A DNA stretch of 64,000 bases from an uncultured delta proteobacterium (GTDB lineage Bacteria > Myxococcota_A > Polyangia > Palsa-1104). Of the stretch, positions 39,274 to 50,642 are shown piece by piece (the first letter of the stretch is position 1; each line of letters begins with the position of its first letter). The notes under the pieces are model-generated. The model made no database searches. It was given only the letters and a program-made list of their open reading frames with translations, and was not told where the DNA came from. The translations under genes and the position numbers were made by a program. The DNA lies in the NCBI GenBank assembly GCA_963785725.1, contig CAWAWS010000039.1, positions 1 through 64,000 of the forward strand. Reading direction: 5' to 3'.

Positions 39274-39948
39274 GTGGTGAAGGTCGTTGTGGGGGAGATA
39301 CTCCCCCTTGCATTGGTGGTGACGATCTCGCCGATCAACGTCATTCCCGTCATCCTCCTTCTCTTCACCAAGCGACCCTTGGTCAATGCGTCGTCCTTCT
39401 TCGTCGGGTTCGTTGCCGGCGTCGCAGCCATGCTCGTGGCGCTGGTCGCTATCGCAGAGGCAGTGGATCTCTCTCCGGGGTCTGGGCATTCGACGTGGGT
39501 GGCCGTGCTGAAAATGGGCCTCGGTGCGTATCTGTTGGTGGCCGCCGTCCGAAAGTTCCGCGGGCGATCCCGAGCTGGTGGCGAGGGTGCAATGCCCAAG
39601 TGGATGGATGGGATTGCTGCGTTTGAGCCCGGACGGTCCTTGGGAACGGGTCTGGCCCTGGGTTCCGTCAATCCGAAGAACGTGGTCGTCGGTTTGGCTG
39701 CTGCAGCGACCATCGCATCTGAGGCAGGCTCACGCGGTCAGCAGATTGGTGCGATCGCCATCTACGTGTTGGTCGCTGTCTTGGGGGTGGCGGCCCCGAT
39801 CGTGGTAACGGCTTTCCTCGGAGATCGATCACCGAAAGTCCTGGAGGGGTGGAAGGTCTGGCTGACGCAGAACAATGCGACTGTCATGTCGGTGCTGTTC
39901 CTGATCTTTGGTGTGGTCCTGATTGGCCAGGGTATCGAAGCCGCGTAG
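39274..39948 (+). CDS. GAP/Sap family (DUF2910) membrane protein
   Basis: ISPINVIPVILLL, MPKWM, NPKN, WLTQNNATVM. Confidence 0.85.
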   Translation: MVKVVVGEILPLALVVTISPINVIPVILLLFTKRPLVNASSFFVGFVAGVAAMLVALVAIAEAVDLSPGSGHSTWVAVLKMGLGAYLLVAAVRKFRGRSRAGGEGAMPKWMDGIAAFEPGRSLGTGLALGSVNPKNVVVGLAAAATIASEAGSRGQQIGAIAIYVLVAVLGVAAPIVVTAFLGDRSPKVLEGWKVWLTQNNATVMSVLFLIFGVVLIGQGIEAA

Positions 39949-40164
39949 CCCGGTCCCGTAAGGGCCTAACGGCGACATCCCCTCCGGGCAGCAAGGATCG
40001 TCAGGGAAGGCCAGCGCTTGCAACGGGTCAATCGATCAACAGGTGCACGGTATTCGTTCGTCGCACTGTGCCAAGGCGGTGGAAGGGTCGTTCGGCCCAA
40101 TGAATGTTGCTTGCATTGTCGTCATCCTGGGTGACAGAGTTCGGTTACGGCGAGGAAGAGGCGG

Positions 40165-43100
40165 ATGGGGACTCGAAGGCGAGTAGGGATGTCGTACTCA
40201 TGTCGGGTCCTTTCCGGATTCGCATGTGCGGTCGCGCTTGTTCTTGGCCTCCTCTCCTTACTCGACCCGCCGGCCCAGGCTGCAACCGGTGCCGGGACGT
40301 GGAGTCTCGACGCAGCCCCAGGTCAACTCGGATTCGGAGAGGTCGATGCCATTTCGTGCGCCGACCCGACGTACTGCGTGGCGCTGTCATCCAACCAGTA
40401 CGAGGACGACGCACTGATCGACAGCAATGGTTCCTGGAGCAGCGCGCCCCTCGTCGAACCGGGCGGCGCCCTGCAGCTCAACAGCGTGTCCTGTTTTTCC
40501 GAGTCGTTTTGTATGGCTGTCGGTGAGAGTTCTCTTGCATCAGGGGGTCATCCCAATGCAGTGGGCGTGATCGAGGAATGGGATGGCTCGGCGTGGTCGG
40601 TCGTGTCAAACCCACAGTCATCGGGGCTCGACGTCTCGTTCAGCAGCGTGTCGTGTCCCGGTGCGGCGAGTTGCTTGGCGGTCGGACAGGACAGCACTGA
40701 CGGTGGGTTCATCGACAGTTGGAACGGCTTGTCCTGGACGATGGCCTTCAATGAACAGGGGGTGAGCCTCTCCGCGGTTTCTTGCAGCACCCCTGCGTCC
40801 TGCGTCGCAGTGGGGGCGGGGGCTTCAAATCTGCTCTATTCCGCGGTGTTGGTCGGCGGAACCTGGACGGCCGAATCTGTGCCCGACCCGGGCAGCGACG
40901 CCTTCCTTTACGACGTGTCGTGTGCTTCGCCAACCTTCTGTATGGCAGTCGGCTCGATACAAGTCGGTGGCGTCGGCTGGGCGACCGGTCTTACCGAAGC
41001 CTGGGACGGCACATCGTGGCTTGTCGTTCCGAGCCCGAAATTACCCCGAGGATGACCTCGGTCCGGGCTTCATAGGCGGAGGGATTTTGATCAGCGACTC
41101 CTGTGTCTCCGCGCAGGCGTGCGTCGCCGTCGGATATGGCGGCGGAGGGGTGAATGGCTCGAGCCTTTCGTATCCGGGTCTTGCCGTGGTGGAGACGTGG
41201 GACGGGGATGCTTGGTCTCTCACGCCCACACCGGCGCCGGTGGAACCGGCGGGAGGAGGGCGGGCCGACTTGCGCGGGGTCTCGTGCGTGCCTGACGCAA
41301 ATGACGCGCAGTGCGTCGCCGTTGGGCTCCAGACTCCCGACAACGCGACCTTCTCGGCTCTCGTCGAGACAACCTCTGCGGCAGTCGGATCCCTCGATGC
41401 CACGTCGACGCAGGTGCAATCGGACGGCGAGGGCGATCTCACCGCAACCGTCACCACGGGCGCATCACCGGCCTACGGAGCGCTGGAGATGGCGACGGGG
41501 GAGACGGTGCCGACTGGGAGCGTCACCTTCCTGAGCGACGGCTTGCCCATCTCGAGCTGTCCTCCCTTGGAGCTCGACTCGGGACAGGCCAGCTGTTCGG
41601 CCGGCGCCGGTGCCACAGGACCGATAACAGCCGACTATTCGGGTGATGCGATCTTCGACGGTTCATCGAGCCAGCAGGTCGGCACCCTCCCCGTCGCATA
41701 CGTGGGCAACGGCGCAACGAGCGGCACGGTGCCCGTGGACGGCGCGAGCCCTTACAGTTCCGCTGCCACGGTCACGGTGCTTCCCCCTGGCACACTCGCC
41801 AGGGCCGGATACAGCTTTTCTGGTTGGAACACAAAGCCCGATGGCAGCGGTTCCTCCTACGCTCCGGGCGCCACCTTCACAATCCTGGCCAGCACGGAAC
41901 TCTTTGCGGTCTGGAGGCCGAATGACACCGCGACGATCATTCCGAGCAACCCCTCGACGTCGGTCTCCACTCAGTTGATCAGCTACTCGGCCACAGTGAG
42001 CGGGTGGGGACCAACCCCGACCGGCACCGTGACGTTCTCGGTCGGCGACACGACGCTGTGCAGCGGGGCGTTGAACTCGGGTTCGGCTTCGTGCTCCTCG
42101 GGCGGCGCCCCCGTGGGCGAAGACACCGTCACTGTGTCCTACGGCGGCGACTCGAACTACTCCTCGAACTCGACCTCCTCGTCGATCGACGTGACCCAGG
42201 CGTCGACGTCGACGTCGGTGACCCCTTCGGTCAACCCGGCCCCGCTGTTCACCGACGTGACCTACTCGGCGACCGTCTCGGTCGACTCCCCAGGGTCAGG
42301 GACTCCGAGTGGCACAGTCGACTTCACCTCAAACGGCACCACGATCGGCACCTGCTCGGCGATCCCACTGAGTTCGGGCGTGGCGCAGTGTACGACGGAG
42401 TACTCCGACGGCGGTCCCGTGGGTCCGATCGTCGCCACCTACTCGGGCGGCACGGACTTCAGCGTGTCGGCAGTCGAACGGGTTCACCGAGAACGTCTCG
42501 CTCGGCACGTCCTCGACGTCGCCGTCGGTGTATCCCTCCGTCGTGGCCAGCGGTACCACGGTGACCTACTCCGCGACGGTCGTGGGCTCGTTGTTGACGG
42601 CGCCGGTCGGCTCGGTGGCCTTCACCGTCGGGAACACTGACCTGTGCACCGCCTCACTGACACGCGGGGACGGGGTCGTGCACGGCATCGAACGCCCCAC
42701 TGGGATCGGACGAAACGGTGACGGCGACGTACTCGGGCTGGACCACCTACGTGGGCTCCTCGAACACGACGACGCTCTCGGTGGCACCGCCCGCTCCGTC
42801 GCCTCCGGCCGGCGCAACAGGGTCGGTGAGTGCTGCCGCGGGTCCTGGAGGCACCGCCACCGCCATCGCGGGCAGGGGCGGCATCACCGGATCCGGCTCG
42901 GGCTACGGCTCGCTCACCGTTTCGACCTATGGAGCCAATCCCGCCTCGGCGGAAGTCTCCGATGGGACCGGCACCTACTACGACGTGGCCGTGTCGCCGG
43001 GGTCCAGCGTTCAGCTCGCTGACCATCACGGTGTGCAACCCGGGCTCGGCCAACTCACTCGATTGGTTCACCGGTAGCTCGTGGGTGACTTTCTCGGACC

Positions 43101-44019
43101 AGAGCACGTCAGGCGGTTGTCTGGTGGCCACCGTGACCTCATCGACCGTTCCCACCCTGGCCGAGCTCACCGGGACACCCGTCGCTCTCGTCGACATCCC
43201 AGCAGCTCCCAACCCGCCCGCGCCTGCGCCCAGCCACGGCTATTGGCTCGTCGGATCGGACGGCGGCATCTTCAGCTTCGGTTCCGCACAGTTCTACGGC
43301 TCGACCGGAAGCATCAAGCTCCAACGGCCCGTCGTCGGCATCGTTCCGACGAAAGACGACGGTGGCTACTGGCTCGACGCCTCTGACGGCGGGGTCTTCA
43401 GCTACGGCGATACGCAGTTCTACGGTTCGATCCCGGGTCTCGGGCTCCACCCGGCAGGCTCAGGGCTCCCCAACAGCCTCAATGCCCCCATCGTCGGCAT
43501 GGTGCCCTCCAACGACGACAACGGGTACTTCATGGTCGCCTCCGACGGCGGGGTGTTTGCGTTCGGCGACGCCCACTTCGCCGGGTCTTGCCCTGGCATC
43601 GGTGGCTGCTCTGGTGCAGCCGTTTCCGTCATGCCCGACGCCAGCGGCAGCGGCTACTGGCTCGTGACCCAAACTGGAAACGTCTACACGTTCGGCGATG
43701 CTCCGTATTACGGCGCTCCCGGCAGCACCAGGTCCCCCGTGACCTCGGCGGTGAGAACACCTGATGGGAAGGGCTACTGGATCCTCACGGCAAATGGCAC
43801 CGTCTACAACTACGGCGACGCTGCAAGCGATGGCGACGCCACCGGCGCTTTCGGTGGCTCGAATCCGGCCAGCCGCTGATCTTCACCACCTCGGACGGAG
43901 GCGGTTACTGGATCGCCTCGGGGAACGGGACAGTGGACCAGTACGGCGACGCTCCCAACGACGGCGGCATGTCAAGTGCGCCTCTGAACGGAGCGATCAT
44001 CGCAGCGACGGGGTTCTGA
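40165..44019 (+). CDS. large secreted protein: Cys-rich SVSC...CxAVG repeats, Ig-like (Big_3) domains, InlB B-repeat, C-terminal GYWLVASDGG repeats (several frameshifts)
   Basis: Signal peptide, repeated VSC-x(3-5)-C-xAVG, PTGTVTF/YSGD, GYSFSGWNTKPDGSG, GYWLVGSDGGIFSFG. Confidence 0.8.
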
Positions 44020-44074
44020 GAGCAGGCCGAGTCCGGATGAACAGGTCCGGTAGGCGGCTCTGAGACCGGCACTC

Positions 44075-44123
44075 CTGCCCCAAGGTGCCGCCAGATGACC
44101 ACATCCCGGCGAACGAAGAGGCC
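44075..44123 (+). repeat. cassette-boundary element with degenerate right end
   Basis: CTGCCCCAAGGTGCCGCC...CATCCCGGCGAACG. Confidence 0.6.
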
Positions 44124-44673
44124 GTCAGATCTCGGCTGACACCACCCCAACCGACGAGGGCGTACAGTCTCAACCATGATTGTCGAGCAAGAAGTTGGTT
44201 CGTGAAGAAACTGGGGAGTCTGTCGTGGCGGGCTCGGGGTTCTGGCGCCACCTGCACCGCCGAGGTCGACCATCCCATTCGCGGCTACAAAGTCAATCCC
44301 AAGTACCGGTCGAGCCCTACCGCTCTGTCCGGGCCCGAGGGGCAAACTCCCACCGTGTCATGGATCTCTTTTGACGGGGACATCTATTGGGTTCGACTCT
44401 CGGCGGCCAACGGTTGGCCGCGTTCGATTCGCATAACCCAAGCCGATGTCGACGGAGCGAGAGGGTAAAGACCGCATCGCTCGCCTGTTCCACGATCTCG
44501 AGATCAGGCCCACGATCTCGACATCAGGCGCAGGGGCGACGGTCTTGCTGCAATCCTCGAACGGGATATTCCGAGGACTTCCCCGGCGGCGGTGCATGGA
44601 GGTGAGACGCGGGCACCCTTGGCCGATCACGCTGGCCGGCGGAGGTCGGAGGTCGGAGGTCTGGCCCGGCTCG

Positions 44674-45336
44674 TCACGAAGTCAGCAGGCCCCTGATGCC
44701 GTCGGCAACGAGATACAGACCCACGAGTAGGTACACCAGAACAGCAATTGTCGGGCCGGCCCGCACCACCCGATCCCTGAGTGCTTCCAGGTGCTCTTGG
44801 GCCTCACCGGGACGCCGGGCGAAGTAGACAAACGTCAGACCGACTGTGGCAGTCGAGACCACCATGAAGACGAGGAACGCCAGCAGAGCGATTTCCCACG
44901 CGACGTGATCACGAATCACGACAACGGCCGCTGCCGCAGTGAGCGCCCACGGTTGCTTGAGGACCCCGACGATGGCGGCTTGCCACGGGTTCAGCTTTTG
45001 CATGCGATCGGTGAGATTGCGCGAGACCCCGGAGGGTGTTCTCGGCCGATTTCGACGTCGCCCTTGCCGGCCGGCAACCAAGAGGAGTCCCAGGCCAAGC
45101 AGGATCTCCACGATCTCCACAGCAGTCCGGCCTCCACCTTGTTCGGCGGTATGGCTCCCACCCACGGCGTAGCTGATGCCGAACACGACGACCAGCGAGA
45201 CGCTCCAGCCGATCAGGAAGGCAGCGGCGTTGACTTTCGCCCGAGTCGTGGCCAAGAGCAGAAGGAACACCACGATCGTGGCGGGAGACAAGCTGGAGAG
45301 GAGTCCCAACAGCAGGATCGTGATGACCAGGCTCAT
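44674..45336 (-). CDS. GAP/Sap family membrane protein
   Basis: LSPATIVVFLLLL, AFLIGW, multi-TM. Confidence 0.75.
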   Translation of the reverse strand: MSLVITILLLGLLSSLSPATIVVFLLLLATTRAKVNAAAFLIGWSVSLVVVFGISYAVGGSHTAEQGGGRTAVEIVEILLGLGLLLVAGRQGRRRNRPRTPSGVSRNLTDRMQKLNPWQAAIVGVLKQPWALTAAAAVVVIRDHVAWEIALLAFLVFMVVSTATVGLTFVYFARRPGEAQEHLEALRDRVVRAGPTIAVLVYLLVGLYLVADGIRGLLTS

Positions 45337-45414
45337 GGGAGGGCCGGCGCTCCGCAGCCGATTGCTGACGTGACCAATTCTCTTCGCTGCACAGCATCAG
45401 TTGTACCGACCACG

Positions 45415-46302
45415 TCACGTCGTCGGAGCAGGAGACGGGATGCCGCTGGCACTCGCCGGCTCAGAGGCGGGGGGTCCTTCGGCGGAGCCCAACAGCACAA
45501 TGCCGACGATGGCGAGAGCGAGGCCCACTACCGCTGAGGTGACATGCCCAGCGCCGCTGGCAGCAAGCCGCTCTCCGTATACGGCAATACCCAAGATGAC
45601 GCTGGAGAAGAGCGTCACGGCGTTGCTCGACGCCATGGCTGGTGCGAGCACACCAGTCTTGAGCGCTCCCTGCTGCAGGACGAACCCGACTATCGCCGAG
45701 ACGATAAGGACGTAGACCGACCATTCGGCCAGGAGCGAAAGGGCTCCGTGGCCCAACTCACTGACGAAGGTCTTGGTCACGGCGGCCTGGAGCCCGTAGG
45801 CGAAGCCGGCGGCGCACCCGAAGAGAAGCGCCTTCGAGCCACCTTCCATCCTGGTTCCCAGCGCAGCCATCGCACTGACGAGAACCAATGTGCCGAGACA
45901 GGCTCCCCACCACACAGAAGCACTCGGGTTGTTCGTGCCTCCGCTCGGCGCCCCTGCCCACAAGAAGAACATGATGCCGATCAGCACGGCCAAAGCTCCC
46001 AGCCACTCCCGCGGTCCGATGTGCTGTCTGGTGAGCCAGATCCCCAGCGGGAGGGCAATCACCAAGCTCATTGCGGTCAGGCACTGCACCACGACCAACG
46101 GGCCACGATCGAGCGCGGCCGCCTGAAGGATCCACCCGGCAGCCTGAGCGATCATTCCGGCCAACCAGACCGGCTTGTGGAGGATCTCGATCAAGAATCG
46201 TGGATCGTTGTCCCCTGACGAGGTCTGGAGGGTCCCCTTCTGCTGGAGGACCGTTCCAAAGGCAAAGGCCACAGCGGCCAGAGCCGCCAACACGTATGCC
46301 AC
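45415..46302 (-). CDS. DMT-family transporter
   Basis: GTVLQQ, PVWLAG, LQAAALDRGPLVVVQ, ~9 TM segments. Confidence 0.85.
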   Translation of the reverse strand: MAYVLAALAAVAFAFGTVLQQKGTLQTSSGDNDPRFLIEILHKPVWLAGMIAQAAGWILQAAALDRGPLVVVQCLTAMSLVIALPLGIWLTRQHIGPREWLGALAVLIGIMFFLWAGAPSGGTNNPSASVWWGACLGTLVLVSAMAALGTRMEGGSKALLFGCAAGFAYGLQAAVTKTFVSELGHGALSLLAEWSVYVLIVSAIVGFVLQQGALKTGVLAPAMASSNAVTLFSSVILGIAVYGERLAASGAGHVTSAVVGLALAIVGIVLLGSAEGPPASEPASASGIPSPAPTT

Positions 46303-46619
46303 GACCTCCCCCTACTCGCTGCTCGTGAACCACCCAGGGCCGAACCAACCTGCGGCCACGGCGCTGCTCATGTGGTGAGCCTGTCACCTCCTAGGCCCTG
46401 GCGCTACGGGGCGAAGCCGTGGGCAACCGGGCGAGTCAGAAGTTCTTAGCCGCTCCGAGCGATGCAGGGTGGCTCGCAGCCCTCAGGGAAATGTCCAGTG
46501 GATGTGGAAAGCCGACGCTCGCCCCGTCTCCGGAGCGAACACGGCCACAATGGCCCGCCCCCGACCAAGTCAGACCAGCGTGCTCCGCGCCGCCGGAGCG
46601 AGGCGCACCGGTCACCGCC

Positions 46620-47050
46620 GACAGATGCGGCGACGGGTGGGTTGCCGAGAGCGGCTTGGCGATGTCCTCGAGCAACTTCTGTTCGGCATCGACACCGAAG
46701 AAGCCAGCGACCAGCCCGCCGATGACCATCACCCGGGCTCCGATGAGATACCCGATGAAGAGCCGGAAGTGGTCCTGGCCGTTGCCGATGAGCTGACCGT
46801 AGAGCCAGGGCCGAGGGCGCCGAAGGTCTAGGCGATCGCGACGAAGACGGCGATGCCTTCGCCCGGACATCGACAGGAAAGATCTCGCTCACGGTCAAGT
46901 GGGCCGAAGAGGCACCGGCAGAGGCGAAGAAGAAGATGACGCACCAACACGCCGTCTGACTCACCGCGTTCAGGGTGCCGGCATTGAACAGAAGGGCGCT
47001 GATGGCGAGGAGCACCCCTGTCCCGGCGGCGGCGGCGTAGACGATCAGCG
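46620..47050 (-). pseudogene. 3' fragment of an MFS transporter
   Basis: IFFFASAGASSAHLTVSEIFPVDVRAKA...GVDAEQKLLEDIAKPLS; no 5' half, plus a frameshift and an in-frame stop. Confidence 0.75.
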
Positions 47051-47562
47051 CACACTCAGGTCCAGACCACCCACAAGCGTCCGAATCGGTCATAGAGGGC
47101 ATCTCGGTTGGGTTCTGGGTTCTGCCATCCCTTGTCGTGACGTCGGCGCGAACATGGCAGCGTGCCGAACCCACATCGGCTCGCCACAGCACCGATCGCA
47201 CCCTGACGTAGCCCGGAACCGGGCGAATTGATTCGGCGGCCAGTCCCAAGGCGACGGGACCGACAACTCGTCTGAACCCCGCTCATTCCGGCAGCTCAAG
47301 GATTGTGCGTTCGTTGTGTTTATCCGGGCGTACTGTCCAAGCCCAGTGGAAGCGCTCCGACGGCCGCGGGTGGGGGAATGGATGCGCCGCTACTTGCACG
47401 TACTCAGAGGAATGTGGCACAAGACGGGGGACTGCATTGCCGCTGACTGCGACGTCAGGGCAATGCATTTCCCGCCCTCGCGCTACTGCAAGGCGCATAC
47501 CGATTAGGCGGCGGCAACACACCAGTCGGTCGGTTTCAGCGCAGTTCAGCGGGAGGTAGCTT

Positions 47563-47580
47563 CCCGGGTACCAGGGGCAG
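47563..47580 (+). repeat. cassette-boundary element (right arm)
   Basis: CCCGGGTACCAGGGGCAG, 17 nt from the NlpC stop. Confidence 0.55.
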
Positions 47581-47597
47581 TCGGGACGCCACACCCA

Positions 47598-48569
47598 TCA
47601 AGCCGGCCGCGTCGCCCCCACGAAGAGCAGGCTCCCGAAGGGCACGCCCGGTGTGACGGGGAAATCCTCGGCCCGCACATCGGCGCCCGTGTGCGGCACG
47701 TCGACCATCACGTCCTGGTCGTTGACCACGCCGACGAACAGCCCAACGTGGTCGATGGACCCCGGCCCGCTCCCGAAGAAAACGAGATCGCCCGGCGCCA
47801 GTGCGGCGCCCGGTGCCAGCTTCCTCGTGGCGTCGTACTGGTCCTCGGCCACTCGGGGCAACGCCACCCCAGCCACCGCATAGGCGGCCTGCACGAGGCC
47901 CGAGCAGTCGAAGCCCACGCCGGGCGTCTCGCCGCCCCAGAGGTACGGCGTGCCGATCTGCGAGAGGGCCCATGAGACAGCTACGGCGCCCGCGCTATCG
48001 TCCACCACCGGCGTCGCCGTGACCGCCCCCGCTCCGGCCGATGCCGCGGCGTAGGACTCTGCCAGCGCGAGCACCTGCGCCACATACGTAGCCGAGTGGT
48101 TGTAGGCGTACACGGCGTCCGACAGGTCGGCCCCGCCAGCCGCCCCGTCAGCGCAGAGGAGACGGGCTGCCGCATATACGGCGTCCGTCGGGTCGTAAGG
48201 GCTCGGCGGGTTGGCCCCGCCGACAGGCACCGGCTCGTCGTAGGCTGCAAAGGTCTTCGGCAGAAACTGCATGGGCCCTTCGGCCCCGGCCGAATTGGCG
48301 CCGTCGTGCACGCCGGGGAGGTTCGACTGACCATTGTCCGACTCGATTGTGCCGATGGCAGCCAGGATCGTCCAAGGCAGTCCCAGGCAGGTGCCGGCCG
48401 CCTGCTGGTAGAGCGTCAGCATGGTGGTAGGGAACTGCGCTATCGCTGCCGAAGATGCCGCAGGAGCACCGCCGCCACCGAGCAGCGAGGCCGCCGAAGC
48501 CAGAATCGCCGTCCCAATAAAAGCCGCGGCCAGCCCGACCGCCAGTCCGGCGGCAACCAGGCCCTTCAC
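47598..48569 (-). CDS. lytic transglycosylase + NlpC/P60 peptidoglycan hydrolase
   Basis: LAAIGTIES, GAEGPMQF, YAYNHS, GTPYLWGG, FDCSGL, HVGL. Confidence 0.92.
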   Translation of the reverse strand: MKGLVAAGLAVGLAAAFIGTAILASAASLLGGGGAPAASSAAIAQFPTTMLTLYQQAAGTCLGLPWTILAAIGTIESDNGQSNLPGVHDGANSAGAEGPMQFLPKTFAAYDEPVPVGGANPPSPYDPTDAVYAAARLLCADGAAGGADLSDAVYAYNHSATYVAQVLALAESYAAASAGAGAVTATPVVDDSAGAVAVSWALSQIGTPYLWGGETPGVGFDCSGLVQAAYAVAGVALPRVAEDQYDATRKLAPGAALAPGDLVFFGSGPGSIDHVGLFVGVVNDQDVMVDVPHTGADVRAEDFPVTPGVPFGSLLFVGATRPA

Positions 48570-48635
48570 CGGACCTCACCGCGCCTACGCGGGACTGTAA
48601 GTGCCACGTCGGGGAACGGTCGCCCGCGTTTCCCG

Positions 48636-49538
48636 TCAGAACGTCACTACCTCGCCTCCGAGCTGGCGTAGGGGGACGCTTTCGGTCCCGCAAGACCCAT
48701 CAGTGGCAGTGATCCGGAGGAAGCGCTGTACCCGCGTCCGCTGCTCCCAGATCGTCCGAGTGCCCGGCTTCGAGCCGCGGCCATTGCGAGGTCGGACGAC
48801 CGCCTGGCCACGTCCGCAGGGGAGGCCAGTCTGGAGCCCCGCCCAGTGTCCGGGTCGCATGCCCGCGCCGGGCCAGCCCACAGGCGAGTCCTCCCAGTCC
48901 TCCTGCCTGCCGAACACGCTGATGTCCATGAGCGCGTAGCTGTAGTCCAGGACCTCGGCGCCACGACGCTTGGTCCAGTACGTCTCGAAAACCCGGTCGC
49001 CATCGCGCAGGTAGCACACCAGATGAAATAGACCGTGCTCGCGGTCGACGAGGAGCGCGTCAAGTGAGGGCTGGGCCGAGTACCACGGCATGTCCCAGCC
49101 CATGAAGGTGCGATAGATGAGGCTCTCGTCGTATGACGTCTGCGCATCGCCGGGGCCACAGGCAGTGTTCCGGCCCTGGCAGAGCACTGCGAACGTGATG
49201 TCGCGAGAGTACAGGTACGCAAGCTCGCCCACATGACTCATCACCCACGTACAGCCTTCGCACTGCTCGGCCGCAGGTCGGCGCGGCCACCACATGAAGT
49301 AGTAGGCAATGAGCTGACGCCGGCCTTCGAACGCGTCAAGCAACGTCACTGGGCCCTTCGGCCCCAGCAAGGGACTGTTTGCGGCGACCTCGACCATCGG
49401 CAGCCGGCGGCGGGCGGCAGCGATCGCGTCCCCTTCACGGGTGTGTGCCTTCTCCCTCGCCCGAAGCGCCTCCAGTTGCTCGTGAAACGTCGAGCGGTCT
49501 ACCACCGTTGGTTGAGGTCTGTTCTCGTCCTGGGACAT
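48636..49538 (-). CDS. DUF899 family protein (probable 3' frameshift)
   Basis: REKAHTREGDAIAAARRRLPM, FEGRRQLIAY, CEGC, GRQEDWEDSP. Confidence 0.88.
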   Translation of the reverse strand: MSQDENRPQPTVVDRSTFHEQLEALRAREKAHTREGDAIAAARRRLPMVEVAANSPLLGPKGPVTLLDAFEGRRQLIAYYFMWWPRRPAAEQCEGCTWVMSHVGELAYLYSRDITFAVLCQGRNTACGPGDAQTSYDESLIYRTFMGWDMPWYSAQPSLDALLVDREHGLFHLVCYLRDGDRVFETYWTKRRGAEVLDYSYALMDISVFGRQEDWEDSPVGWPGAGMRPGHWAGLQTGLPCGRGQAVVRPRNGRGSKPGTRTIWEQRTRVQRFLRITATDGSCGTESVPLRQLGGEVVTF

Positions 49539-49640
49539 CCGCACCTCGCCTGATCGCCTCCTTGCGGCTATGTGTTAGTACCCGCGACGGTAGCGACGGT
49601 CAGCGATGTCGCATGAGCAGAGTCTCGCCGATCCTGACCA

Positions 49641-49782
49641 CAGTCCTCGAAGTGCGGCCGGGTGGCACCCGGTCCCGGCGAGCTCCTATCACTTGTCAAC
49701 CCCTCCTTGGGGGCTCGGGAGTGAAAACAGCGGACACGACATTGATCAGTCACTCGAGGTGAGGACGTACGGGGGCATCCCC
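49641..49782 (+). repeat. degenerate cassette-boundary elements
   Basis: GTGCGGCCGGGTGGCACCCGGTCCCGGCG (loop similar to 36085 and 58389) and GACGTACGGGGGCATCCCC (49764-49782). Confidence 0.55.
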
Positions 49783-49895
49783 TGAAACTAGGGCGTATGG
49801 AGTTGACGGACGAAGCCATTGGCCAGATCGATAGTGTGCGATGGCGGCAGGTCCAAGGTCGGTTCGCCGGCGGCCTCAAAGCCCGGAGGTGAGGG

Positions 49896-50279
49896 ATGGC
49901 ACAACCCGTAGTGCACTTCGAGGTCATCGGAGAAGACCCAGCGCGACTCCGTGACTACTTTTCGGAGCTCTTCGGGTGGAGCTTTGCGGCGCCCTCGCCC
50001 GTAGCCGACGAAGTGTCTGCACCAGACGAATATGGGTTCTTGGATGTCATTGTCGCCGACGATGGGACAGGCATCCGCGGTGGGGTGGGTGGCGGGCCGT
50101 CTTATGAAGGCCACGCCGTGTTCTACGTAGGAGTGCCAGACGTCGGAGTTGCATTGCAACGAGCCGCAGACCTAGGAGGTACGCGAGTCATGGGTCCCGT
50201 GACGTCTCCCAACGGGCTCGTTGTCGGCCATTTCAAAGATCCTGAAGGTACTCTCATCGGGGTGGCAGGTCCCTCGTAA
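49896..50279 (+). CDS. VOC/glyoxalase family protein
   Basis: VVHFEV, FYVGVPDV, FKDPEG. Confidence 0.9.
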   Translation: MAQPVVHFEVIGEDPARLRDYFSELFGWSFAAPSPVADEVSAPDEYGFLDVIVADDGTGIRGGVGGGPSYEGHAVFYVGVPDVGVALQRAADLGGTRVMGPVTSPNGLVVGHFKDPEGTLIGVAGPS

Positions 50280-50312
50280 CGACGACTCGCTTCCGGCGTA
50301 CTGGGCGACCCC
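50268..50312 (+). repeat. cassette-boundary hairpin overlapping the VOC stop codon
   Basis: GGTCCCTCGTAACG...TTCCGGCGTACTGGGCGACCCC. Confidence 0.7.
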
Positions 50313-50349
50313 GTGGGCGCCAGGATCGATGCAAAATGGAAGCACCTGT

Positions 50350-50552
50350 GTCCATCGAAGCGCGTCAATTCCATTGACCAACTTCCTCAGCGTTGTTCCG
50401 CACGCCTGGCATACCTCGCGGAGCTCGACGAGGTCCAGACGACGTGGGCCTCGCTCGTACTCGCTGATGAAGGACCGTGGTCCATCTATCGCCTCTGCGA
50501 GGTCAGTCTGTCTGAGATCGGTTCGCTCGCGAATCTCGCGTAGTACTTTCCT
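50350..50552 (-). pseudogene. XRE-family HTH regulator remnant (not in the ORF track)
   Basis: RKVLREIRERTDLRQTDLAEAIDGPRSFISEYERGPRRLDLVELREVC, preceded in frame by TGA. Confidence 0.7.
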
Positions 50553-50642
50553 TCAGCGTGTCCTAACTTGGTGGCCGCCAGGTAGCTATCCTTTTGTCGA
50601 CGGTGCACCCTGCATCGCGTGGGCCGTCGGAGGGGACCCACA

